Below, in pieces: positions 37,390-46,200 of a stretch of DNA of 60,073 nucleotides (positions are counted from its first letter, which is position 1; every line of letters starts with the position of its first letter). Source of the DNA: a virus (taxonomy: Duplodnaviria > Caudoviricetes). The DNA lies in the IMG/VR virus record IMGVR_UViG_3300016484_000569, positions 1 to 60,073 of that record; one strand, given 5' to 3'. Position numbers and translations under genes: made by a program. Under the pieces are notes generated by a model that saw nothing but the letters and a program-made list of their open reading frames with translations, was not told where the DNA came from and made no database searches.

Positions 37390-38088
37390 GTCTGCTTTAC
37401 ACCGCAAGAGCCGCACAGCGATAGCGGTAGCGTGTAAAGGTAGTTAGTCTGCTCGCTGTCGCTCGCCATACGTCGGGGGGCTGTAGCTCCTCTACACGAA
37501 GTGGCCTGACATCTCACGCTCTACCTTTACACTGCGTCGGGGGGGACTGCCACCTTTACACAGCTAAGTCATTGATATTAAACGGGTATCTAAATTTACC
37601 TTTACATTCGCTTTACACTCGCACCGTAAAGCGAATATGTTCCGTATAATGTAAAGTTTGGGCTAACCCATTGATTCCATTGGGTTTCCCGCTGTAAACC
37701 AACGGCTCACTAGTGTATAAATATATATACTATCTAATTTATCTAAGAAAAAATAATAAACGGCTACTGAAAAACGCTGAGAGCACTGAGGCGAGTTTAC
37801 ACACTGTAAACACAACCCGTAGTTAGCGCGTTTTTAGGGGCCTCTTTTCTGAAAAATCTTAGATAGTTGAGATACCGCCTCACAACCCATTGATTTCCCA
37901 TCACTTTCTCTATACATTTACAAAACCTTTTCGAGATACATCTGCTCAAATTCTTAGATACTTTACACGTATCTTCCCCCTTGACCCCCAAATTTGACAC
38001 CCGAAACCGGATCGGCTAGGTTGTTTGGGCTGGCCGAGGTCACCCCGAATACCTCCGGTTTCCGGCGATCCAACCCATCTTTACACCT
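37390..38088. repeat. AT-rich non-coding region with iterated motifs (putative replication origin)
   Basis: 13 TTTACA/TGTAAA copies, 3 CATTGAT boxes, opposed TATCTAA/TTAGATA sets, AT-rich core ~37715-37760. Confidence 0.65.
37994..38022 (+). promoter_or_regulatory. Sigma70-like early promoter
   Basis: TTGACA, 17 nt, TAGGTT. Confidence 0.65.
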
Positions 38089-38379
38089 ATGGAGTATACC
38101 ACAATGACCTCTCGCTGGACCAAACTCGCCGACCTTTCCGCCAAGGTTAACAAGAAGACCTTGACGGTCCGTCCTCTGACCCGTCCTTACATCTCCATGT
38201 CCGCCGTGGTTTATGACTACCACGTTGGCCATGAGTTCGTGGTTGTGGACCAGTCCTCCCCGCTTAACAACTGCCGTGTCACTGTCTGTGACCGTCACAC
38301 TCTCAAGTCCCACTACGACTTGACCCACCTTAACATCCAGTTCAACCCCGGTCTGTCCCCGGTAGAGGTGGCTCTGTGA
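38089..38379 (+). CDS. Hypothetical early protein
   Basis: ORF after the promoter; the start may be ATG 38104 (GGAG upstream). Confidence 0.7.
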   Translation: MEYTTMTSRWTKLADLSAKVNKKTLTVRPLTRPYISMSAVVYDYHVGHEFVVVDQSSPLNNCRVTVCDRHTLKSHYDLTHLNIQFNPGLSPVEVAL

Positions 38380-38582
38380 TGCGGCTCGGTTTCTCTCAGC
38401 CCGACTACCTCGTCTTTGTCCCTGACTATCATCCAGCCTACGGGTTGGATGATAACACGAGAGCCGAAGTGCTGCGCCTCGTCATGGTAGACAAGCTGCC
38501 TGTAAAGGTGGCTGCCCGTCGTCATCGTCTTGCCAAGTCCACTGTCTACAAGTGGCTGGCTGCTATCAAGAAGGACCTCTGA
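38379..38582 (+). CDS. Small helix-turn-helix protein
   Basis: VKVAARRHRLAKSTVYKW recognition-helix pattern. Confidence 0.65.
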   Translation: MRLGFSQPDYLVFVPDYHPAYGLDDNTRAEVLRLVMVDKLPVKVAARRHRLAKSTVYKWLAAIKKDL

Positions 38583-38583
38583 T

Positions 38584-39390
38584 ATGTTCTCTGCCTCGTT
38601 CAAACTCCTTCACATCCACTCCTATGAGCAGGCTCACACCCTCTGGGAGTCCATCACCCCGATCCGTGGTCGGTCCACTGATGTCCGTCCTCTGTTCCGT
38701 CGGTCCAACGACAATGCCATTGTCCACAAGAACGACCGTGACCAGTCGGTCCGGTTCCGGCTCTATCAGACCGATGTCGTGACGTTTAACACCGATGGCA
38801 CTGTGGACCTCGAACCCTATGCCAGCCGCAGCACTAACAACTTCGCTTGGGCTGTCCTCCGTGGTCGCACTGTCCGCACTCACTGGGCCGACCGTCACCA
38901 CCCCTGTCCCGACCATGTCACCGAGATCGGCGGTCGGTTCTACCACACCCCGGACTTCGTCACTGTCCAGTGGGACAAGGACGCCTATGACTGGTCCTAT
39001 GTGGCCGGTGCTGTGCCGTTCGAGGTCCCTACTCTGAACATGTCCCTTACAAGGGAGGCTCGGAAGGACAGCCGCTATGACGAGTTCGCCCTGTGGATCA
39101 AGACCCAGCTTCGCCTCGGGGTCGATCCGAGGATGGGTGACACATGGCGGGTCAAGCCCTACGACTGGTCCACTCGTGAGGTCAGTCAGTATCTGGCTGT
39201 CGGTCCTGAGGGCTGGTCAGAGATGACCCGCCGGATGTCCCGTTGGACCAACATCGACGCTGACTTGGAGGCTCTGCGGATGGCTGTCTACAAGTGGGCT
39301 GGGTATTGCCTCGACGAGACCGAGGTGCCCTACTTCAACAGCTTCTCTGAGATGACTGCGGCCTTCGCCAAGATGCGTAAGTATGGCTGA
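38584..39390 (+). CDS. Hypothetical early protein (268 aa)
   Basis: AAGGA RBS, ATG 38584. Confidence 0.8.
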   Translation: MFSASFKLLHIHSYEQAHTLWESITPIRGRSTDVRPLFRRSNDNAIVHKNDRDQSVRFRLYQTDVVTFNTDGTVDLEPYASRSTNNFAWAVLRGRTVRTHWADRHHPCPDHVTEIGGRFYHTPDFVTVQWDKDAYDWSYVAGAVPFEVPTLNMSLTREARKDSRYDEFALWIKTQLRLGVDPRMGDTWRVKPYDWSTREVSQYLAVGPEGWSEMTRRMSRWTNIDADLEALRMAVYKWAGYCLDETEVPYFNSFSEMTAAFAKMRKYG

Positions 39391-39393
39391 CAA

Positions 39394-39461
39394 GCTGTCG
39401 AAACAGGGGGTTCGCCCCCTGTCTGCCATGGCTGGCTACCATGGCACTGATGAGACAAGCC
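39394..39461 (+). ncRNA. Type II hammerhead ribozyme
   Basis: UGUC-GAAA-CAGGGGG(UUCG)CCCCCUG-UC^-UGCCAUGG(CUGGCUA)CCAUGGCA-CUGAUGA-GACA-AGCC: complete catalytic core, GUC cleavage triplet, three paired stems. Confidence 0.92.
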
Positions 39462-39479
39462 CTATGGAGAACATACACA

Positions 39480-40472
39480 ATGCGTCCTTCTCTGCTTTCC
39501 GACACCCTCAAGGACCTCATCTCGATCCGTCGCACCGTGGCTATCGAAGGTGCGCCGGGGGGTGGCAAGACCTCGTTGATCCGGTCCGTCGCTGACTACC
39601 TCGGGCTGCACTACATCGAGCGGCACTTGCCCACCATGCTGGTCGAGGACTTCGGCATCCCTGTCATCGGCTCTGACACCCTGCGTTACATGATCCCCGA
39701 CTGGTTCCCCGCCAAGGGGTCCAAGTGGGACGATGGCATCGGTGGGGTCCTCTGCTTCGACGACCGGAACCAAGCCCCGGCTGACATCCAGAAGGTGCTG
39801 GCTAACATCCAGCAGGCTCGGAACCTCCACGGCATCCCGATGGCTGATGGCTGGACTGTCGTGTCCACTGGCAACAGGCAGGAGGATCGGGCTGGTGCCA
39901 ACCGCGTCCTGTCGCACCTCTCTGACCGTGAGACCACGCTGGTCTACGAGACCAACCTCGATGACTGGTCGTCGTGGGCACTGACCAACGGGGTCAAGCC
40001 TGAGGTCGTGGCCTTCATCCGCTTCCGTCCCGGTCTGCTGCACGACTTCGACCCCAACCGCAACAAGAACTCCACGCCCCGTGGCTGGGTCGAAGGTGTC
40101 AGTGCTGTCCTCGGTGCCGTCCCGGCCGAGGCTGAGTATGAGTGCTTCAAGGGTGCCGTCGGTGAGGGGGCTGCTGCTGAGTTCGTTGGCTTCCTCAAGA
40201 TTTACCGAAAGCTGCCCAACCCCGACGCCATCCTGCTTAACCCCGACACCGCGGATGTCCCCTCTGATCCGGCCACCCTCTACGCCCTGTCCGGTGCCAT
40301 CTCCAGCCGCATCTCCGGGGCCAACATCGACCGGGCTGTGACCTACCTGTCCCGCTGCCCCGCGGAGTTCTCTGTGCTGGCCATGTCGATGGCTGTCCGC
40401 CGTGACCCGATGGTGACCTCCACCAAGGGGTTCATCGACTGGTCCATCAAGCACCAGTCGGTGCTGTTCTGA
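39480..40472 (+). CDS. MoxR-like AAA+ ATPase
   Basis: Walker A GAPGGGKT, Walker B-like LCFDD, STGN sensor, STPRGW. Confidence 0.85.
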   Translation: MRPSLLSDTLKDLISIRRTVAIEGAPGGGKTSLIRSVADYLGLHYIERHLPTMLVEDFGIPVIGSDTLRYMIPDWFPAKGSKWDDGIGGVLCFDDRNQAPADIQKVLANIQQARNLHGIPMADGWTVVSTGNRQEDRAGANRVLSHLSDRETTLVYETNLDDWSSWALTNGVKPEVVAFIRFRPGLLHDFDPNRNKNSTPRGWVEGVSAVLGAVPAEAEYECFKGAVGEGAAAEFVGFLKIYRKLPNPDAILLNPDTADVPSDPATLYALSGAISSRISGANIDRAVTYLSRCPAEFSVLAMSMAVRRDPMVTSTKGFIDWSIKHQSVLF

Positions 40473-40488
40473 GTAAGTTCAACACAAC

Positions 40489-40509
40489 GGGGTGGCATGG
40501 TGCCACCCC
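40489..40509 (+). other. Intergenic hairpin flanked by AACACAA direct repeats
   Basis: GGGGTGGCA-TGG-TGCCACCCC. Confidence 0.65.
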
Positions 40510-40530
40510 ACAACACAAGGACACATGACT

Positions 40531-41388
40531 ATGACCACACATCTCTCCGACCGCGCTCTGCTGGTGCAACTCAACGTCTCCCAGTGGACAGCCCGCCGCC
40601 TTGATAAGCGGGCGACCAGTGAAGTCATCAACAATAACAACGCCACCGTGGACTCGGGCCGCTTCCATAAGCGGCTGCTGCCCATGAGCGACAGCCTCGC
40701 CAACATCCACACCATGACGGGTGACATCCGGCGGGAGTTCTACGCCAACACCCTGCCGTGGGGGCTGGAGAATACCCACATGCTGCCGACCGCCAACTAC
40801 CTCAACTTCATGACCACCTTCCGCAAGCGGAAGTCTGAGTGGGAGGCTGTGGTGCGCAAGTTCCTCAGTGACTACCCCTACCTCCAGACCAACGCCCAGC
40901 GGTTCCTCGGCAAGCTCTACGATCCGGCCGACTACCCCGATGTCAACGATCTGCGGCACAAGTTCAGCATGGACCTCGTCGTCATGCCGGTCCCGACCAA
41001 TGACTTCCGTGTCCAACTGGCCGACGATGAACTGTCCACCATCCACGCTGACATCCAGCGCCGGGTGCAGGAGAGCAGCGGGCTGGCCATGAAAGAGGCT
41101 TGGCAGCGGCTTTACAGTCATGTTAAGCTGATGTCCGAGCGGTTGGGCAACACCGAGGGTCGGCTCTATGACAGCCTGTTCGACAACGCCATCGAACTGT
41201 GCCGCATCCTGCCGCGCCTCAACTTCTCTGACGATCCCAACCTTGAGGCGATGCGTCAGGAGGTGGAGACCAAGCTGGTGGGTCACAGCAAGGAGGCTAT
41301 CAAGGGCAGCCCGGTGCTTCGTAAACAGGTGGCTGACGAGGCTGCCGACATCATGGCCCGTATGGGCGCTTTCATGGGAGGGGTGTGA
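40531..41388 (+). CDS. DUF3150-like protein
   Basis: LVQLNVSQWTARRLDK...TLPW...LPRLNF pattern; context with AAA and vWA genes. Confidence 0.55.
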   Translation: MTTHLSDRALLVQLNVSQWTARRLDKRATSEVINNNNATVDSGRFHKRLLPMSDSLANIHTMTGDIRREFYANTLPWGLENTHMLPTANYLNFMTTFRKRKSEWEAVVRKFLSDYPYLQTNAQRFLGKLYDPADYPDVNDLRHKFSMDLVVMPVPTNDFRVQLADDELSTIHADIQRRVQESSGLAMKEAWQRLYSHVKLMSERLGNTEGRLYDSLFDNAIELCRILPRLNFSDDPNLEAMRQEVETKLVGHSKEAIKGSPVLRKQVADEAADIMARMGAFMGGV

Positions 41389-41389
41389 G

Positions 41390-41833
41390 ATGGGGTATCG
41401 CAGCGACGTGGCCATCGGCATGTCGTTCAAGAACAGGGAGGCGCTCGTCGCCTTCCTGTCGGCTGTCCGGTTGGGTGACGCTATACCGTCTGAGGAACTC
41501 GATCAATACGAGGTGACCGATGCGGGGGAGTTGGGTGTCCTGCTCCACGCCAACTTCTTGGGTGTCAAGTGGTATGACAGCTACCCCGATGTGAAGTGTC
41601 ACCATAACCTGTTGGACATGGCAGCGGAGCGTGGTGCAGGCACGGCATTCATCCGCATCGGGGAGGAATATAACGACATCACCTACGAGATCGACACGGC
41701 CGACGTTGACCTCGATCTATATGACTTCTTCGGTGTCAGCCGTCAGGTTACCTATCCCGAGGATGGCACCGCTATCGCAGACTACATGAAGGACACGACA
41801 TGTCAGACATCTACAGCAACATCGACGAGATGA
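41390..41833 (+). CDS. Hypothetical protein
   Basis: MGYRSDV...VKWYDSY...FIRIGEEYND; GGAGG RBS. Confidence 0.7.
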   Translation: MGYRSDVAIGMSFKNREALVAFLSAVRLGDAIPSEELDQYEVTDAGELGVLLHANFLGVKWYDSYPDVKCHHNLLDMAAERGAGTAFIRIGEEYNDITYEIDTADVDLDLYDFFGVSRQVTYPEDGTAIADYMKDTTCQTSTATSTR

Positions 41834-42129
41834 TCGACCTGTATGGTCGCAAGATCGAGTTGCTCCGGCAACTCAAGAAGGGACTGATGCTGGCAGAGAT
41901 GATCGGCATCCCTGCCAAGGACATCAAGGGGAAGCTGTCGCATGGTGTCACCAGCTACGGCACCCCGCTATACGCCAGACCATGGAAGACGGAGGAGTTC
42001 GTTATCCGTCTCGATGGCGAGGAGGTGTATAGGAAGAAGCTGATCGACGTGCCGCAGGATTTCTGGCCCGTCGAAGTGCTTGCCGAGTATAAGCGTTACG
42101 TTAAGCGCACTCAGAAACCCAAGGAGTAA
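41800..42129 (+). CDS. Hypothetical protein
   Basis: 109 aa; AAGGA RBS. Confidence 0.7.
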   Translation: MSDIYSNIDEMIDLYGRKIELLRQLKKGLMLAEMIGIPAKDIKGKLSHGVTSYGTPLYARPWKTEEFVIRLDGEEVYRKKLIDVPQDFWPVEVLAEYKRYVKRTQKPKE

Positions 42130-42134
42130 GACAC

Positions 42135-43256
42135 ATGCAGTCCATGGAAACCCTCAAGACCCGCCTCGCCAAGGCCAAGACCAGCCTCGTGCTGGAGCAC
42201 CCCTTCGTCGGCACCATCGCACTGGGTATGCCGCACACCTACTCTGATGCGGTGCCCACCGCTGCCACCAACGGCAAACGTGTGCTCTATAACCCGGCCT
42301 TCGTCTCCGATCTGACCGATGAGGAACTCAAGTTCCTTGTGGCCCATGAGTGCATGCACCCCATGCTGGAGCACAACTTCCGTCGTCAGTCCCGCGACCC
42401 CAAGAAGTGGAACATGGCGGCTGACTATGTCATCAACCAACTGCTGACCGACGAGGGCATCGGCAAGTTCATCGAGGGCGGCTGCCTCAACAAGGCGCTC
42501 TACGATGCAGGTCAGGGTGTGTCCGAGCAGATTTATACCCTGCTGCCGGAGCAAGACGGTGACGGCGACGGCATCGGTGGTGCAGGTCAGGACCTTGAGG
42601 ATGGCGAAGGCACCGCACAGGACCAAGCCCAAGAGGCTGCCGAGTGGAAGGTCAAGGTGGCTCAAGCTGCACAGGCTGCCAAGATGATGGGCAAGTTGTC
42701 GGCAGGCATGGCCCGCCTCGTTGACAGCATCCTCAACCCCACCGTTGACTGGCGTGATGTGCTCCAGAAGTTCGTCATCAAGCACAAGACCGACGAGCGC
42801 AGCTTCTCCCGGCCTAACCGTCGCTTCATGTCGCAGGGTCTCTACATGCCGAGCCGCAGCGGTGAGCGGATGGGTCCGATTGCCTTCCTTGTGGACTGCT
42901 CCGGCTCTGTCGACGACGCCCAGCTTGCCCAGATGGCAGCCGAGGTGCGCACGGTGCATGAGGACCTGCGTCCTGAGAAGCTGCACGTGGTATACTTCGA
43001 CGCCGAGGTCACCCACTACGACTGCTTCCTGCCCGACGACACGGTGTCGATCAGCTTCCATGGTGGCGGTGGCACCGATGTCCGCGCAGCCTTCGACTAC
43101 CTCGATGCCGAGGGTCATGCTGACGGACTGGCTTGCACCATCGTGCTGACTGACGGCTACACCCCCTACCCCGAGGGCTGCTCCACCCCGGTCATCTGGG
43201 CCATGACCACTGACATGAACGCCCCGTTCGGTGAGCACTGCCGGGTCAAGGTGTGA
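42135..43256 (+). CDS. DUF2201-type metallopeptidase plus vWA domain protein
   Basis: TAATNG...AHECMH (HExxH)...WNMAADYVIN; MIDAS DCSGS...GGGGTD...LTDG. Confidence 0.88.
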   Translation: MQSMETLKTRLAKAKTSLVLEHPFVGTIALGMPHTYSDAVPTAATNGKRVLYNPAFVSDLTDEELKFLVAHECMHPMLEHNFRRQSRDPKKWNMAADYVINQLLTDEGIGKFIEGGCLNKALYDAGQGVSEQIYTLLPEQDGDGDGIGGAGQDLEDGEGTAQDQAQEAAEWKVKVAQAAQAAKMMGKLSAGMARLVDSILNPTVDWRDVLQKFVIKHKTDERSFSRPNRRFMSQGLYMPSRSGERMGPIAFLVDCSGSVDDAQLAQMAAEVRTVHEDLRPEKLHVVYFDAEVTHYDCFLPDDTVSISFHGGGGTDVRAAFDYLDAEGHADGLACTIVLTDGYTPYPEGCSTPVIWAMTTDMNAPFGEHCRVKV

Positions 43257-43257
43257 C

Positions 43258-46200
43258 ATGGAGACTGTTCGCACAGCACCGTTCGCCGACACCCCGCTTG
43301 AGGCGGGGTGCATCCTTGTCGCTATGGACGAAGGCGGTCTCATCGCCAACCTCTGGCAGATCGTCAGGCTCTATGATGACGGGAAATGTGATGCCCGCTG
43401 CCCGTTCAATCCCGCAAGGACAGACACCTTCTCGGTCGCCCTCAGCGACACCGAGTGGGTCGGACCGGACCTGCAATCGGTGCTGACCTACCTCAAGCTG
43501 ATGGGGATCGAAGCGCGATGAGCAAGGCACAGAAGACCACGACGGGGTGGCGGCGGCGCTACCTCGTCAACGTCTGGCACAGGCAGAAGGTCGTCGAAGT
43601 GGTGCTGGCCCGAGGTAGGGTCAGACGCAAGCCGGACGGGGATCACCACATCCTCATCTCCTCCAAGCGGGACGGCAAGTGGGACTGGTATGTCCTGCCG
43701 GACCACCAGTTCCTGCACCAGCGGAACATGTTCGAAGCAAGTGAGAGGGACCAGATGCTGGCTCATGTCGCAGCCATTCGGCTGGGTGGATACAGCCTGA
43801 TCGGAGAGGTGCCGTCATGGTAACATTCCCCGAAGGCTATGGGTTCGAGCCGGGCGACAAGGCCCTGCTTATGCAGGGCGAGTTCCTGATATCGGTCGGG
43901 CACTTTGTCTGGATCGGAAACGAGTGGGTGGGCTACGGCAAGAAGCGCAACCGTTCGCCGTGGGGGTTCCATCCTTTCGGCGCAGTCGAGAAGAAGAAGG
44001 GCGAACCCAAGGTCAAGGGTCTGTTCTCAGTGGATATGGACACACCGCCCATCGAAGGATCGTTACAACAGGTGGTGACTGCCATGTGCACCATCCACCG
44101 TATGAAGGGAGTGAAGTAGTGGACCCATCAATCGTCGTCGCAATGGTCGCACTGATCGTGGCAGCAGGTTATATCATATACATCCATCACCAGTTGGATG
44201 AGGCAGAGGAGGCCTGCGGTGAGGCAGAGGAAGCGTTGGAGAACGCCGACCGTGCCGTCACCATATATCAACAAGTCTTGACTGATGTTGCCTATGGCAA
44301 CGCTATTCTGGAGGTATCCCCTAATGGTCAAATCGTCGCAACGAAACTCGCTGATCGAGAAGTATCGCTACATTAACGTCGAGTATATCGACTGGTGGGA
44401 CTGTGTTGAGTCCGACTTCGTCGATGACATGAAGAAGGTGGGCATAGAGGTATCGAAGCTATACTTCTCCGGCTTCTGGTCGCAGGGTGATGGTGCCTGC
44501 TTCACTGGCTCCCTCCGTGACGCCAAGGTCTATCTTGACCACCATCATCAGGATCAGTTCCCCATGATCCGCAAGCTGTTGGAACATGGCGGTGATGTCT
44601 GGGCAACCAGCAGGCACAGCGGACGCTACTACCACCACATGTCCACCATCATCAGCGCCGAGAGCGACACGTTCTACAACGTGATGGCCCAGCCGACCGA
44701 GTTCCATGCTGCCGTCGTCGAGCAGTGGGACGAGGCGCTCACCAAGGAGATGTCCGAGTTCGAGACGGCACTGACCGAGCAGTGGCGCACCTATATGCAG
44801 GATGTCTACCGCAAACTAGAGGAGGAGTATGACCATCTGACCAGCGACGAGGCGGTGTGGGATACCATCGAAGCCAACGAGTTGGAGGAGGATGTCGATG
44901 ATGACGAGGATGATTATGATCGAGCCGCCTAAGATACTGGCAGTATGCGACATGTGCTGGGAACATAACCAAGAGGCGTCGTGTTTCCCAATCAAGGACA
45001 TCATGTGGTCCAACATGCACAGCAAGTGGCTCTGTGATTGTTGTTGGGAGGAGCATGACTACGATGATGCCGAGGTGGTAAATGATCTGCCACCACGGGT
45101 CGATGCCTATGCCAGTGATGTCGTGGACAACTATGAAACTATGAAGCAACGGCTGATCGTTGCCGTAACAGCAAGACGTTTGGGAGTATAACACATGACA
45201 CAACTGACCTCATACAAACAGGCGGCAGATTTCTTCGCCAAGGCCCGCAACAAGGAGGCGGGTCGGCCCATCGGCCCGTCCGGCTGGCGTCTCTACAAGG
45301 ACAACGACATCTTCCGCATCACCATCCACGCCAGCGATGTCGCCTATATCATGCCCGATGATACGCTCGTCATGCGGATGGATGACCCTCCGGCCGGGGT
45401 CTCCATGGTGGTGCAGCATATCCTGCCCATCATGATCCAGCGCCGAGGCAAGGACCACTACCGCCTGCACATCCGCAAGCAGGGTGGCAAGCCGCAAGAC
45501 CTCAAGGCCTATGGCCTGACCGACTGGGCAGAACTGCGCACCAAGGGACTGCGCCTGTCGGTCGGGCTGACCATCGACCTCAAGACCCGGCAGCCGGTGG
45601 GCTATGTCGAGCCGGTGCAGGTGGTGGACAGCGATAGGCGCAAGGTCTGGCTGGCGCAGTCTCGCAAGGTCAAGCGCACCCTCAAGACCGTCGCCAAGCT
45701 GGGCGGGTTCCAGCCTCGGATCGACAAGCTGACGGAGAACCGCTGGACATACCAGTCTTTGTTCAGCGCCAGCGAAGCCGACATCCAGATCATCATCGAC
45801 GCCATGCTCAACGACAACATCGAGCCGTTGATCCAGCGCATGGCGGAGACGTTCAAGAAGCATTCCTACTACGAACTTAACGCAACGGAGATGGAGCGTA
45901 TCATCGACCAGATGTTCACATCCAACAGTCTCGCCCTGCGTAAAGCACTCGGCGTTATCGAAATCAAACAGTAAGGTTATACAATGAACCAGACCTACGC
46001 TATCCCGACCCGTGTCAATGTGGTCATCGCCAACGTCCTGTCATCCGGCGCAGCATTCGCCTGCCGGATGGATGATGGTGTCAACTGCTATGTCCCTGTC
46101 AATGTGTCGAACTCGGTCAATGCCAAGATCGGCGACCAGCTTGTCGCCATGATCGTGCCCAACCGCTATACCGACAAGATCGACCGGACCCCGTGGCTCG

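Noticed and set aside
38023-38080. Structured leader as an HDV-like ribozyme or tRNA
   Set aside because: Short stems exist, but I could not fit the nested double pseudoknot or a cloverleaf
37390-38088. Possible CRISPR or mini-array
   Set aside because: Repeats are 6-11 bp, on both strands and irregularly spaced; no 25-40-bp repeat-spacer pattern
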